From Malacoraja senta (taxonomy: Eukaryota), in the NCBI GenBank assembly GCA_038087875.1, contig CM075989.1, forward strand, positions 14,818,001-14,882,000: 64,000 bases of DNA, in the 5' to 3' direction. Position 1 is the first letter of the stretch; every line of letters begins with the position of its first letter. Both the position numbers and the translations under genes were made by a program. Positions 24,204-36,500 of this stretch are shown one piece after another. Below the pieces are notes generated by a model. That model made no database searches. It had not been told where the DNA came from and saw only the letters and a list, made by a program, of their open reading frames with translations.

Positions 24204-25316
24204 ACTACAGGAAGACAATATCAGTAATAGAGATTGTCAAAAACATTCCCTTGAATGAAAGACTGTAGTTAAGGAGAGATTGGATAGGCTAGATCTACGA
24301 GGGGCATAGATAAGTATTTTTCCCTGGGCTGGCGTATCTCGAGCTAGAAGGTGAGAGGAAAGAAATGTAAAAGACATTGGAAGAGTGTTTTACATAAGAA
24401 GCTGCAAAGGGAAGGTAGTGGAGGCAGATACTACTGCAAGATTTAAAAGGCATATGCATAGATACTGGGACAGGAAAGGAAGAGGGCGATATGGGGGCAT
24501 GTGGATTAGTGTAGATGGGCATCACAGTTGGCATGCATCAGGTGGGTTGCAAGGATCAGTCTATGCAGTACTTTGTATTTCTAAGATTGCAATTTAAATT
24601 GTGGTCAACAGATTTCAATACAGCAATCATTCCGCCTAATACAGGGTAATGCGAGAATTATTTTGTTTGGTCATTTGCTAATGATGTCATTAGTGGTCAA
24701 TAATTCTGGGACTTTGTTTTAAAATACGGATTCTGTCAACGCGAGCCAATTCTTAAATTTGTGGAAAATGAAGTTAAAATAATCCTGGTTAAAACTGTTT
24801 AGTTTGTACATTTGAATAATTTAAATTTTAGTAAAGAAATCTTTGGATTAATAATAGATGATACCGCAAAAGAAGGATGTTTTTGTTCTGGCAACCATGT
24901 GACCCATCTTTCCAAGCTGCCTCTTATCTAGAAGGCAAGGACCCTGTTCACAAACAGCTGCACACACAAAGTCAGCTTAAAATAAAAGCGGAGCTTTCAG
25001 CACAATCTTTCTTGCTGGTAAACAATAAATCTAGGCCAATCACAAGCTAAAACTACAGTCCAGCAATTACCATTACCAATTCTGAATTTGAAGCTTTAAG
25101 ACAATCAATTGTTTGTTTTAAATTTAATGTATTCCATTCCCAATTCATTTGTTTACTGTTCTGGTCCAAATATCTTTGGTCAGATAAAATATGTTCTGAT
25201 TATTTTTATTTCAATGTCCTTATCTATTAAAAATGTAAACCATATAGGAAGGTTACAATGCCACTTCTAAAACAGGAGAAATGCAAGTAAGCCTGCCTAT
25301 TGAGTTTTCATTATAT

Positions 25317-26644
25317 GGGTGTTTCCGTAAATACAGCACTCAGTAGTGAAAATTAAGGTCACCAAACTTCCAGGTTATTTTCCTGTTTTTTAATGTAATA
25401 ATCCCATTGTTTCATATCCTGTATTTTAAGTAGTGTAGATAATGGTGTATAGCCAAAATAATGAGATGAAGCAAAAATAAATAAATCTGTTTCTACAAAG
25501 AAAAATAGTAGTTTTCTTGCCTTATTTTGAGACATTTTTCAAGCAGGATTTCATTAAATAATTCAGGCTAATTTATACCAGAAGAATCACATTAATTTTG
25601 CAATTAAATAACTCTATATAAGCCAAATTCTGATTATGTTATATGATTTTTATCATTCATCACCTGATTTGATGGTTTTCTGATGCCTAAAGATTTTGCA
25701 GCAAAACGCGAGTAGCAATTTCCATTTGGTCACGTGCGAAAAGTGTGATTTAAAGGTAGTGTAACTGTTTTTTATATTTATTGTTTCTTTTTAATTGTTT
25801 ATATTCTGTTTAAGATTTCCATTGAAATACTTAATAATGAATAGAAAATCATGAAATAAAAATCTAGTTTGCACACCTATTTTATCGATCTAATTCTGTT
25901 GTCCCTCCCGTTTTCTGACCTCGTCGATGATATAAAGATTTTTTTTGCACTCGTTGCGATTAAAAAATTCATTCAACGCGTTTGTAATGACCCTGACCTG
26001 AACTACGGGCCTCATGGTGGGTTACGTGCTGACATTTTGCAAGGGAGCTTAGAAATCAGTATAAGAGACAGTATCCAAGTGGTCACGTTGTGGGCACTCT
26101 GAGCTCTGAAGAACATTGTGTTCACCTTTTTTTGCTTGGAATCATTGGTTAGTAAAAACTTTTTTGCACTTTTTCGTCCTTTTCCTGTAAATGTTGCTTC
26201 TAGTATACTATAGAAATGTTTAAATTCTGTTAAACTTTCAGTGCTTGTTGCTATGGTGTTGTAAAGTGTGTGCACTATAATGAAGGGAATCGGATTCCAG
26301 TTAACGCCATCGTTGAAAGTATGTTCCTGTCCACACAGATGCTTTTAGTTCCGGGCAAATTTCTAGTAAATTAACATCGAAAACGAAGAAAGATTTCTAT
26401 ATATTTTTCTCATTTATGTGTATTTTTAAAAAATAATAAATTTATAAATACATTTTTTCTCTTTTTTTTCAAATTTTGAAAGTTATAAATTTTGGTCAAA
26501 TTTTGATCGATTTTGATTACAAATTAGCTCAAAAGGATCATAGGTAGGCCCATTTTTAATGCTGTGGTATTTCGTTATAATTTAATAGCTTTCAAAATTG
26601 GCCACCCATGTCACAGGTTGGTACCCTAATTTACGGAAACACCC
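25317..26644. mobile_element. About 1.33-kb DNA transposon remnant with perfect TIRs (possibly Sola-type)
   Basis: GGGTGTTTCCGTAAAT ... ATTTACGGAAACACCC flanked by ATAT on both sides. AT-rich interior with no intact ORF. Confidence 0.7.
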
Positions 26645-26925
26645 ATATACAAAGTCATACCACTTAACATGCAATACAAAGCTTTAAGCTTTGTGCACTT
26701 AAAGGTTTAAAAATATATTCCAATACTTAACATTGAAGTTTGGAAAACATTAAGCTTTCTATTATCTCATGCCATTAATAACAAAATGATACCATGCTGC
26801 TGCCAATTTAAATCTGTTCAAGGTATTTATAAAATTGCATGTTACTGCCTTATGAAAGTAAATTGGGAGCAAAAACGTTGATGTCACCTATGTTTTGCTT
26901 TATCCCCAGCAACCAGCCAAGATTA

Positions 26926-27231
26926 GGGGTGGCACAGCTGGTAGAGCTGCTGCATCACAGTGCCAGAGACCCGGGTTCAATCCCGACCTTGGGTGATGTA
27001 TGTGTTCTCCCTGTCCACATTTTCAATTTGCACGTGTTCTCCCTGTGACCACATGGGTTTCCTGCTACATCCCAAAGATGTGTGGGTTTGTAGGGTAATT
27101 GGTCGCTATAAATTGCCCCTAGTGTGTGGGGAGTGGATGAGAAAGTGGGGTAACAGAACTAGTGTGAACATTGGGTGGTGTAGGCTTACTTGGTGGGCCA
27201 AAGGGCCTGTTTCCATGCAGAATCTGTAAAC
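26926..27231 (+). mobile_element. V-SINE (HE1-like)
   Basis: Head GGGTGGCACAGCTGGTAGAGCTGCTG, V-domain and tail. Confidence 0.75.
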
Positions 27232-27564
27232 TGTTCTATATTTTACAACATACATACATTCACATTAGCATGTCAGAAGGAAGATATGGATTACAGATTT
27301 GCAAATTGCCTGAAGCAATGAAAACAACAGTGTTCTAAGTATCCATGCAGTGAATTTTCAGGAATATCGTACCAAAGTCAATAAGATCAGGAAAAATTTG
27401 AATTCCACTTCAGGACTGTCAGTGGAACATTAACCAAGCTGTATACAAAAAGACTCTCTAATGAATAATTTTCTGCATACATTTCATAAAATTGTTACTA
27501 ATTCAAGATGTGCTCACTCAATTGAGATGAAAGTTTAAAAGGATAACTTCCAATAAAATGTTAA

Positions 27565-28608
27565 AATGAATGAATGAATTAATTAATACGTTTATTGGCC
27601 AAGTATGTACACATACAAGGAATTTGCCTTGGTGCTCCGCTCGTAAGTAACAACACGACATACAGTAACAATTAAGAATGACACATATGACATTAAACAT
27701 TAATAATAAAACATTATAGTTTAAACATGTGAATGAAATAAAATACCTGGGCAAAATGAGGCTACAGACTTTTGGTTATTGAGTAGAGCTACTACTCATG
27801 GAAAAAAAGCTGTTTTTATATCTGGCTGTGGCGGCTTTGACAGTCCGGAGTTGCCTTCCAGAGGGAAGTGCTTCAAAGAGTTTGTGGCCAGGGTGAGAGG
27901 GGTCAGAGATGATCTTACCCACTCACTTCCTGGCCCTTGCAGTGTACAGTTCGTCAATGGGGAGAAGGTTGCAGCAAACAACCTTCTCAGCTGATCGGAC
28001 AATTCGCTGCAGCCTCCGGATGTTGTGCTTGGTGGCTGAGCCAAACCAGACCATGATGGAGAAGGTGAGGACAGACTCTACGATCGCAGTATAGAATTGG
28101 ACCATCATTGCCTGTGGCAGATTGTGTTTCCTCAGCTGCCGCAGGAAGTACATCCTCTGTTGGGCCTTTTTGACTGTGGAGTCGATGATGGAGTCGATGA
28201 TTTCAGGTCCTTGGAGATGATGTTTCCAAGGAACTTAAGACTCCACCGATGTGACTGTGGTGTTGTTAATGGTGAGTGGGTAGAGGGGAGGGGGGAGCTC
28301 CCCTAAAGTCTACAATCAATTTCACTGTCTTAAAAGCATTGAGCTCCAGGTTGTTACAAAGGCACCAGATCACCAGCTGTGTCACTTCCTGTCTGTAGGC
28401 AGATTCCTCCCCATCCTGGATCAGTCAAATCAGGGTTGTGTCATCCACAAACTTGAGAAGCTTGACAGAGGAGTCTGTGGAGGTGCATCCATTGGTGTAG
28501 GGAGAGTAAAGGAGAGAGAGTACGATGCCTTGCGGTGCTCCTAAGCTGAGGGTCTGCGGGTCCGAGAAGTGCTTTCCCAGCCTCACATGCTACTTCCTGT
28601 CTGTCAGG
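27565..28608 (-). mobile_element. Rex1/Babar-type LINE 3' fragment
   Basis: MYFLRQLRKHNLPQAMMVQFYTAIVESVLTFSIMVWFG, RT remnants and an (ATTC)n tail. Confidence 0.85.
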
Positions 28609-31600
28609 ATTATGAAATTATGCATGAGATTGAATTGTTTTTAATTGCTTGGTAAATCAGTTATGTCAGAACTGTCGTCAGTAGACTATCGGGGCATAGC
28701 GAAAGAGTTTTTCTTCCCACACAAACAACTATTAGTAAATGGAATCTTTAACCACTATAGACTATCAACGTTTATACTTTTGTTTTATCTAAAAGGGAAT
28801 TTGAATTTATAAATGTGAAAACATTCCACGGAGAAAGACTGCACTCAATACATCCAATTAAGGATTTACTACCAACACAGTGGGTTGAATTGCTTCCCTC
28901 TGTGCTATGAATTATTAGGAAAATGGCGAAACAGTGTTCTATGTATAGTAATAACAGCCAAATGAGAAGGCCTTTTATATGGAATATCAAAGATGCTGTA
29001 TCTGTTCAAGGAAAAGTTACAAATTACATGTACAGTACATGCAACTGCTATGCTTCTCCCAAAATGATCTTTCCAGTCACATATTCAAACCAAAGGTTTA
29101 AAAATAAGAGGCTTTCTTTTCAAAAAGCCATCTCTATTTTCTTTGCTGTTCATCTACTTTGAACCACTGCTAGCAAAACATGTTTCAGTATAACTATACG
29201 AAAAATGTTTTAAAATCAATTTATATGACTTGAGTGCAACATCAAAAGCTCATAATTTATACAATTTATGGCTTTCAATAGAATACTTATTTTGCACATT
29301 GCTGTGATGTTTTGCTAAGTTATAATGTTTTTCTGATTACAGTAAAATTGCCATGTACGTTATTGAAGATATTTTAATTATATGTTGAGACAGTTGTCAT
29401 AGAACCAGAGCACAGAAACAGGCCAATCTCACCAAGTTGTCCCATCCAAGCTAGTGTTGTTTGCTCGCATTTGGCCATTACCCTCTTAACCTTTCCTATC
29501 AATCTTCTATCTTGGAATAATTTCAATAGATTAAAAAGGCTCTTAAAATTTTTGCTCTGCCTTATAAAATTTTCAATGAAAGGAATAGTTCTGGATTTAA
29601 CATTTGCAATGTCTCAAAGCACAGTGGAAATAAGTTATTTTAAAATTTGACTTTAGAAGTCAATCTTGCCAATCAGATTAGAAATACAAGAAATTGTATT
29701 ATATTTCATAAATTATTGCATTACCACACAAAAATGGAAAGTTTTTTTTTTCAATTCAAAATATATACATTTGAATAGCATTGTACTTAGCTTTTCAACT
29801 TAGATACAAAAAAACCTTCATTTACTCCTAAAAATTAGTGCACCATGCCCAAAATCTTAAATCTAACAATATCAACACAATCAACATCTTCAATGTTCTT
29901 TGTAGTTTTTATTTGTTTAAAAATCACAATGATGTGCAACTAAAATCTTTAATTGATTGCATCACATGACCAAAGGTCCCGTTATTCTAAAAGTTGTTCT
30001 CAACCACTAAGTGAACCGAAGGGTTAAGCAGAAAAAAACCACAAGATAGGGTGAAGGAAACACAAAAAAGTCAAAATGAGAATATAAAATAAAATAAAAA
30101 CTAAAAATAGGCATTAAAGTACAGAACATCAATATGTCAATAGGTTTCTTTTAAAATTAAGACTGCATTTTAAATTCGTTTCATTTCTTGTCTTGTATGG
30201 TCTTCATTTTTCACATCCGCATTTTTCTAACTTTTCACTAGTGTGCCTGTTTTTAAAGCTGGTTTCCTCCAATGATCACCCTTGCTTTTTAAATAAACAT
30301 TGCTCCCATTTCCAAATGAGCATAGAGACGGGGCTGAGAAATGTGTGTACTCCAGAGTGGGGACAGAGGAACCCCCATCCAGGCACCTTCATCCCCCATC
30401 CCCGAGACCCACATTTTCTTTTTACCCACCCACTTTCACTCCTCTTCCCCATCCCATCCATATCCCTCTCCCTCCCGCTTCACATTTTTCACCACCTCCT
30501 CTTTAATCTGAAATCCTTTTGTCTCCTTTTCACATCTACCCATTGTCCACTCATCTGCCCATCACTTTCCTCACCTGTATCCACCTATCACTTCTCAGGC
30601 TTGGCCCCTCCCCACCTCACTTTTCCAGCGTTCTTCCCCCTTACTAAGAAGGGACCCAACCCAAATCATTTTCCATTCCTTCCACAGATGCTGTCTGGCC
30701 CAGAGTTCGTCAAGCAGGTTGTTTTTTGGCTAAGTATGTGTCCTCTAATTTTACCTACCTCTAATATGGAGGAACCTTTCTTGCATTAGCTTATATTATG
30801 GTAGCTCTATTGTTATATGCAAATTACAATCTCTATAAATCCCAATCAAAAACGATAGGGATTAAGATTCTAAAATGATAAAGGAAGGAAGGTATGAGCA
30901 AGGTAAACTAAGAAAACTGTTTACTGATAAAACAACAATATTACAAATCAAAACAATACGCCACAGGTTTTTGAAAGCCTTCTCTGCCATTCTTCAAAAT
31001 GATGTTCCAACTCATCCAAGTTCTTGCCTTATCACCCAAACACCCTTAAATCTCCAAACTTCCATCTTAGCCCTGAATATATATACTCAACAACTCAGCA
31101 TTCAGGAAATTTGAGCAACACAGTGAATTTGGTTAAATTGCTTTTAACCAGCGAAATAAGTCATCTAATTGTGTAAAAGAAAACCAAATATGGATTTGTT
31201 GTTGGCAGGACTGAAGACCATGAAAATGAAAATGCCAACCAGACTTTTCTCAGTTTGGGCAAAAAATCAAAATAGCGAGATAATATCTCGCCGCCAATTC
31301 ACATAGTTAATCTTTGACTCCATTTATCAATTTCAATTGTGCCATTGTGGAAAATATAAATATTGCTAAACTACAGGTGGAAAATTGTTAATGAAGAAGT
31401 TTCGTTGGTGAGCTGTGGATTGCAGAAATAGATAGTGCAACAGCTTATTTCCAATAACGCTGGCGTAAAAAATTATGAAATGCGGAAATCGTTCTTTCTA
31501 TGTACCGTACTTAACATTTGAAACAAAGATATACTATACGATAAATGCCTATGATTGCCACATAGTTTGGCCTTATCGCAAAGGATTGCGCTCAGAGCAA

Positions 31601-32021
31601 CACTCATGATAACATACACTATCAATATGCTTGATTTCCTAATTTTGACAATATCCTGATCCAACAATAATCCAGCAACCCACAGCGCTATAGACGGCGA
31701 GTCCTCGCCTCCGCCTCCAATAACACCGGTTGACAAATGTGGCCGGTGTGGACAGGGTCGCACTGTGGAGAGGTGGGGTCAGGCTGTTGGGGAAACACCC
31801 TTGCCCCCGGGCTGTGAGGGTGGACAGGACAAGAGAGAAGGCTGGACATGAACTAAAGATGAGACAGGCCCTGCCCTGCCCTGCCCGGCCCGGCCCGGCT
31901 GCGATTCACATCCAGCAGCAGCGCCGGTTGATCGACCCCGGGACATCGCTGGACTGTCCGCCCCGATGGACAGCGACGCGTTTGCACGCGGGGCCCCGGA
32001 CGCGGCCTTGTCTTGCCTTAC

Positions 32022-32170
32022 CTGCCTCCCCTCAGCCGGAGGTGCCTCACGCTGTGTACTGGTTAAAACCACCATCCACACCCGGCCCTTGTGATGTTTT
32101 GACTGACGACGAGCAGTGACGACGGCCGAGCGAAGCGTCAATACAAGCAGCACGAGGCCGCGCCGCATTG
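32022..32170 (-). other. CCPG1: CCPG1 exon 1 (5' UTR); 5' boundary approximate
   Basis: Strong donor GAGGCAG|gtaagg at 32022/32021 within the CpG island. Position matches the head-to-head arrangement in human. Confidence 0.7.
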
Positions 32171-32309
32171 TGGGACTTGCAGTCCCGCGGCTCGAAGTCA
32201 GCGCCGGGGCCGCCGCGTCACCGGACTACGCCGCCCAGAATGCAGCGCGCGTCGCGCTGGCAGCGTCCGCCGCGGAACACGTCGCCTTCGAACAACCCAA
32301 TCAGGCGTG

Positions 32310-32323
32310 GTTACCATGGCAGC
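32310..32323 (+). promoter_or_regulatory. RFX X-box upstream of PIERCE2
   Basis: GTTACCATGGCAGC is one mismatch from the consensus GTTACCATGGCAAC and lies about 150 bp upstream of a motile-cilia gene. Confidence 0.75.
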
Positions 32324-32473
32324 GCTGCCACAACAAAGCAGGCGGGGAGCGAGTGGGACAGAGTGGGAGCTTAGAACGGAGCAAGTGGGGCAATTAGGGA
32401 CAGAGGCGCCGGAGTGAGGAACCCTGTGGCCCATAGGGCGCCGGAGAAAGCCGTCGGGAAGACAAGAGTCACC

Positions 32474-33436
32474 ATGGCTGACTGTCCCGTCCCATCGCCT
32501 GCTCGAAGGGTCCAGTTCAAAGAACCAGAATGTGACGACTTCAAGCAGCCCTTCTTTGTTCCAAAGCAGGAATCTAATGAGCCGCCGAGGGATCTCAATT
32601 CGTCTCCCACTCGTAAGGTCCATCTTAAGGACAGCGAGTTCGACTGTCTCAACCAATTCATCGCTTCGAAGCCTGATTCTGGTGCTGTAACTTGCGATGA
32701 TCAAAACCCGCCGCCCATCACAAATAATGAATCTGAAGAGTGCGAAGCGAACAATCGGCCCTTTGCTCCAAAGGCGGACTTCGAAGACTCCGCGCATGAT
32801 GATCCCTGTGCCCCAAACACTGGAATGGATGGATTTAGAAATTCAGTCTGCGACGACCTCAGCACATCCTTCGCTCCAGCTGTTGTTGGTATTAAGGACT
32901 CCATCTGTGACAACTACTGTTTCACTCCAGGGGAGCCTTTGGGAGATCCGTTGCGTGATGATTTCAACCCTTCCACTTCTTTAATAGTTCCCTTGGATTC
33001 AATATGTCACGACCTAAAATCAGGCCTTGAATGCAAAGACGCAAGTGGTGATCTCACGATATCCTATGCTCCACAAGTTGAGGACAAAAAGGAAACGAGT
33101 TGCGACGATCCTATTCCCGTCCGCCCTCCAACGACAAAGGATAAGAAGCTGTGGTTTCCCTGTGCGAACCCTGGAAACCCTGTCTTTTCCTGCATGGAAA
33201 AGATCCCAACGTCGCCACAATCCCCGGCTCCATTCGTGAAACCCCAGAATCCGCTGTTCAGAACAACCTCTGCCGATTATGGATCCAATGAACCGACTTG
33301 TGACATTGCACCCTCTGTCTACAAACCCCTATCGCAGTCGTTCTCGGCGGCGCTCCACACCGGTGGGATGTATCGTAACAGCTCCCTGAACACTACGTCG
33401 GATAAGAAGAGAATTCACGATTTACTCGCGCTTTGA
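32474..33436 (+). CDS. PIERCE2: PIERCE2 (C15orf65) orthologue, 320 aa, single ORF with long N-terminal repeat extension
   Basis: Strong Kozak GTCACCATGG. The C-terminal PCANPGNPVFSCM...KPQ...FRTTSADYG...QSFS...GMYRNSSLNT matches the Pierce (DUF4490) family. Syntenic between CCPG1 and DNAAF4. Confidence 0.9.
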   Translation: MADCPVPSPARRVQFKEPECDDFKQPFFVPKQESNEPPRDLNSSPTRKVHLKDSEFDCLNQFIASKPDSGAVTCDDQNPPPITNNESEECEANNRPFAPKADFEDSAHDDPCAPNTGMDGFRNSVCDDLSTSFAPAVVGIKDSICDNYCFTPGEPLGDPLRDDFNPSTSLIVPLDSICHDLKSGLECKDASGDLTISYAPQVEDKKETSCDDPIPVRPPTTKDKKLWFPCANPGNPVFSCMEKIPTSPQSPAPFVKPQNPLFRTTSADYGSNEPTCDIAPSVYKPLSQSFSAALHTGGMYRNSSLNTTSDKKRIHDLLAL

Positions 33437-33559
33437 TTTTCTGCCCCCGAACAGTTCTGTATTACTATAGTAAGAAAGTGAAAACAAATGTTCCCTTTTT
33501 CTTTCAATGCCAGATTTTGGAAGAGAATGGTATACAACCAGATGGAATTTGAGACTCTT

Positions 33560-33585
33560 GGTGTGTGTGTGTGTGTGTGTGTGTG
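33560..33585 (+). repeat. (GT)n microsatellite in the putative PIERCE2 3' UTR
   Basis: Seen directly in the sequence. Confidence 0.95.
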
Positions 33586-36500
33586 CGTGGAAAACAAAAA
33601 CAATTTGATCGTTTGTATATTTAAAAATAATTTTCTGTGGTAATATGCCCGTCTATAATATAGGGGGGTTTTCAGACCTTTACCGTGACTTTTGTTTCCA
33701 TTTGCATTCATTTAGCATTTTACATTTGCAGATAAAGGAATCGAATCATGGAAAAATTAAAACCCGAGGCTATTCATCGCGTCTTTTTCATCAGTCTAAT
33801 CCTTCAGTATATCCTTTAGTCTCTTGCCTTGAGATCAGGTTCTTCTGGCACATGTCCAAGGACATTTAAATACGATAAAAGTTGCTATCCTTTCCGGTAG
33901 TGAGTTCCAGATCAGGGTCAAACTTTAATGGTAAAGTCTTTATCACTCTCCTCTTGTACCAATCAATACTTCCTGTTTTTGTTTTTGCCCTTGCCCTTCC
34001 ACGTGTTCTGAGAGGGGCTGCAGTTGGACATCTTTCTTGCAGACAGTCGTCGGGGACATGGCTACAAATCTGGTCTCTTACATCTGACAGGAGCGGAGCT
34101 AACTGTGCTGACTGTCATTTATTGCTCTTCTGCCTTTTCCAGCCATTTGTTTAGTGTTTGATTTCTAATTCCATCTCTCATTCACACTGCAAAATTGCAA
34201 CAAAAAAAACGTTATAACTTTATAGCAGTTCCCAATTCTCTTGGCGTGGATTCCAGTGATTTCAAAGTTAGACTTAAATTGCCATAGTGATTTTGAGTGA
34301 ATCTAAATGATTTAGACAGCTGCACATTTGGCCAGGCATTCTCCAAAGATTTGAAACTTTTAATCCTGAAGAAGGGCCTTTGCAGTTGTATGCTGAACCT
34401 TCTTTGAGGTAAAAACAAGTGAAAATGTCCAGTTTGGTTTAAGGAACATGGTGCCTCTGGCTTCAGATTAGTACCAATCGCGTGAGTGCAATGCAACTCA
34501 ACCTACCGAGAAATAAAGAACTTTGCCTTGCCAACAAAAGGAGCTTCATCACCGAGTCCAAGCACTGACTCTTTATAACTCTTGTATTCTTTTGTCTATG
34601 AGGTCACTCTCTAATTATTCTCATTCACTCATTGACCAGATAACCGTGTTTACAGTTTATCCCCATAGTCACTCCAGTTTTATGCTATCAGATATGTCTC
34701 CCTGCCCCCCCCCCCCCTCCCAACTTAACAAACTTATTTTGTCTCCTTACCAGTTCTGATGAAGTGTCTCTGACATGAAACATAGCTCTTGTTTCTTTTC
34801 CCACAGATGCAATCTAAGCTGCCAAGTGTTTACAGCATTTTATGGTTTAAGAACCGACTCTTTGATAAGGGCTCCAAGTCTTCTTTTGGAGCAATGTGTT
34901 TTTTGTTGCCTTATATTTCTCAGTTTAAAAGGAGATTAACTAAAATATATCCTAAAATGCCTGCTGCAAAGGAAAGGTTGGCTCCCATTAACATTGTCTG
35001 ACAGGAGGTACTGAAAGTGCAATTCTTATAAACAGACATGTGCTACTGAAATAAACAATCGCCAAGCACCCTAACCTTTAGAGACAACATGTATCGCGAG
35101 GTTATTAATCACTGATGATGATCAGAAAGAACATGGCATTACTTATATTTATGAATCATTACAGACAAACAATGATAATTTGAATAAAACCAAAAAGGGT
35201 TAATGGATTTAACCAGGGCATCTAGTTAACATCAGGTAAGCCGTTTAGCAACAAGTTGAAAAACACATTCTCACAGACTGAAATCTTTCTGGACTTTCCA
35301 ACTCTGAATCAGATCTATGCCAATATCAGGAGAGACCAAATGGTGGCGAAGAAGTAGTATACATCAGACAACGTCATAGAGCGGTCAGCGAGTACTCAAA
35401 AATGCTTGAGTCAATGAAGTTTCATGCCATCAGATTAAACATGGGCAAGGAACCGTATTGTACATTACTGATTGCCTCTCCTTTCCCTAGTTGGTTTATC
35501 AGTACGACACACTAATTGCCACTTTAAAGAGTTAGTGGGGATAGGACATGTGCATAACTTAACAAGTGTAACTCGGCATCACCATTATTAACTTTGATGG
35601 CCACATTCTGAAAGACATATGGCATATTGGTCTTGTAGGAGGTGGTGAGAAAATCCACACAAGGGGAAAAATCCTAGTGATCTAACAAAACTAAACTTCA
35701 TGCATTCACTTTCAAGCAGCCTGCATGATCATCTGTTGTATCCATTCCCACCACCAACAGCACACCAAGTCTGCAATGTTCACCATTTTTAGGATATACT
35801 TGCAGCAACTAGGGTGGCGCAGGCTCGGTAGAGCTGCTGCCTTACAGCACAAATAAATGAATTAGAAAGAGGTCAATGGGGCCTTGAGCAATTGAATACC
35901 TGAAAGGATTGTGATATGATTTAGAGCCAGGGATGAAGGAATGGCAATATAATTCCAGGTGAGTTTGATGTGCTGTTTTGGAGGAAAACCTGCAGCTGAC
36001 GAAGACAAGAGACTGCAAGTGCTGGAATCTTGGCAATAACATTTTTGAACCTGCAGGTGATGGTGTTCTCACATATTCATTGACCTTGTCTTTATGGGTG
36101 ACAAAAGTCACGTTTTGGGAAGTGTTAGAGCAGCCCAAGCAAACATAATTTTAAATCTTTCCAAATATTTACACTTTTTGTTCTTTTGCCTTCTCTAAAT
36201 AGCAAATCTATGAATGGGTTCTCAAAACACACACCTATGTATAGAGAGGACACTGGGGAAATAAATATGCTTGCTGTCCTTCAAAACTTTCCCCACAATA
36301 CTGCTCCATCATAATTGCAAGCATTCATATTTGTCTCATCTTGATGGGTCCAAGCTAACTTGTTTTCTTTTCAATTTCCTTCTTTATAACGTTAACTTTT
36401 AACCAGTTACAACACACTGGTACTCTACACAAGTTTCTGTTTTTATGCAGGTAGCCTGCACATGAGCTTCGGAGGCCAGTGACAATACTTCCTGATCAAT

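Larger units (their letters stand above)
31680..33400. promoter_or_regulatory. CpG island and bidirectional CCPG1-PIERCE2 promoter
   Basis: Sharp rise in GC and CpG. The CCPG1 exon-1 donor (32022) and the PIERCE2 ATG (32474) are about 450 bp apart and divergent. CCAAT at 32297-32301. Confidence 0.85.

Noticed and set aside
30193-30789. 198-aa ORF on the plus strand
   Set aside because: No ATG start. Arises from pyrimidine-rich low-complexity and decayed Penelope sequence.
32276-32310. ERSE/UPRE element in the CCPG1 promoter
   Set aside because: CCAAT and CCACG-like half-sites are present, but spacing and orientation do not match ERSE (CCAAT-N9-CCACG) or ERSE-II.
32414-32473. GTG start extending PIERCE2 to 340 aa in the ORF track
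   Set aside because: The ATG at 32474 has an optimal Kozak context and is the more parsimonious start.
32198-32797. 199-aa antisense ORF and other CpG-island ORFs
   Set aside because: Shadow ORFs of GC-rich DNA and of the PIERCE2 CDS, with no recognisable domain.
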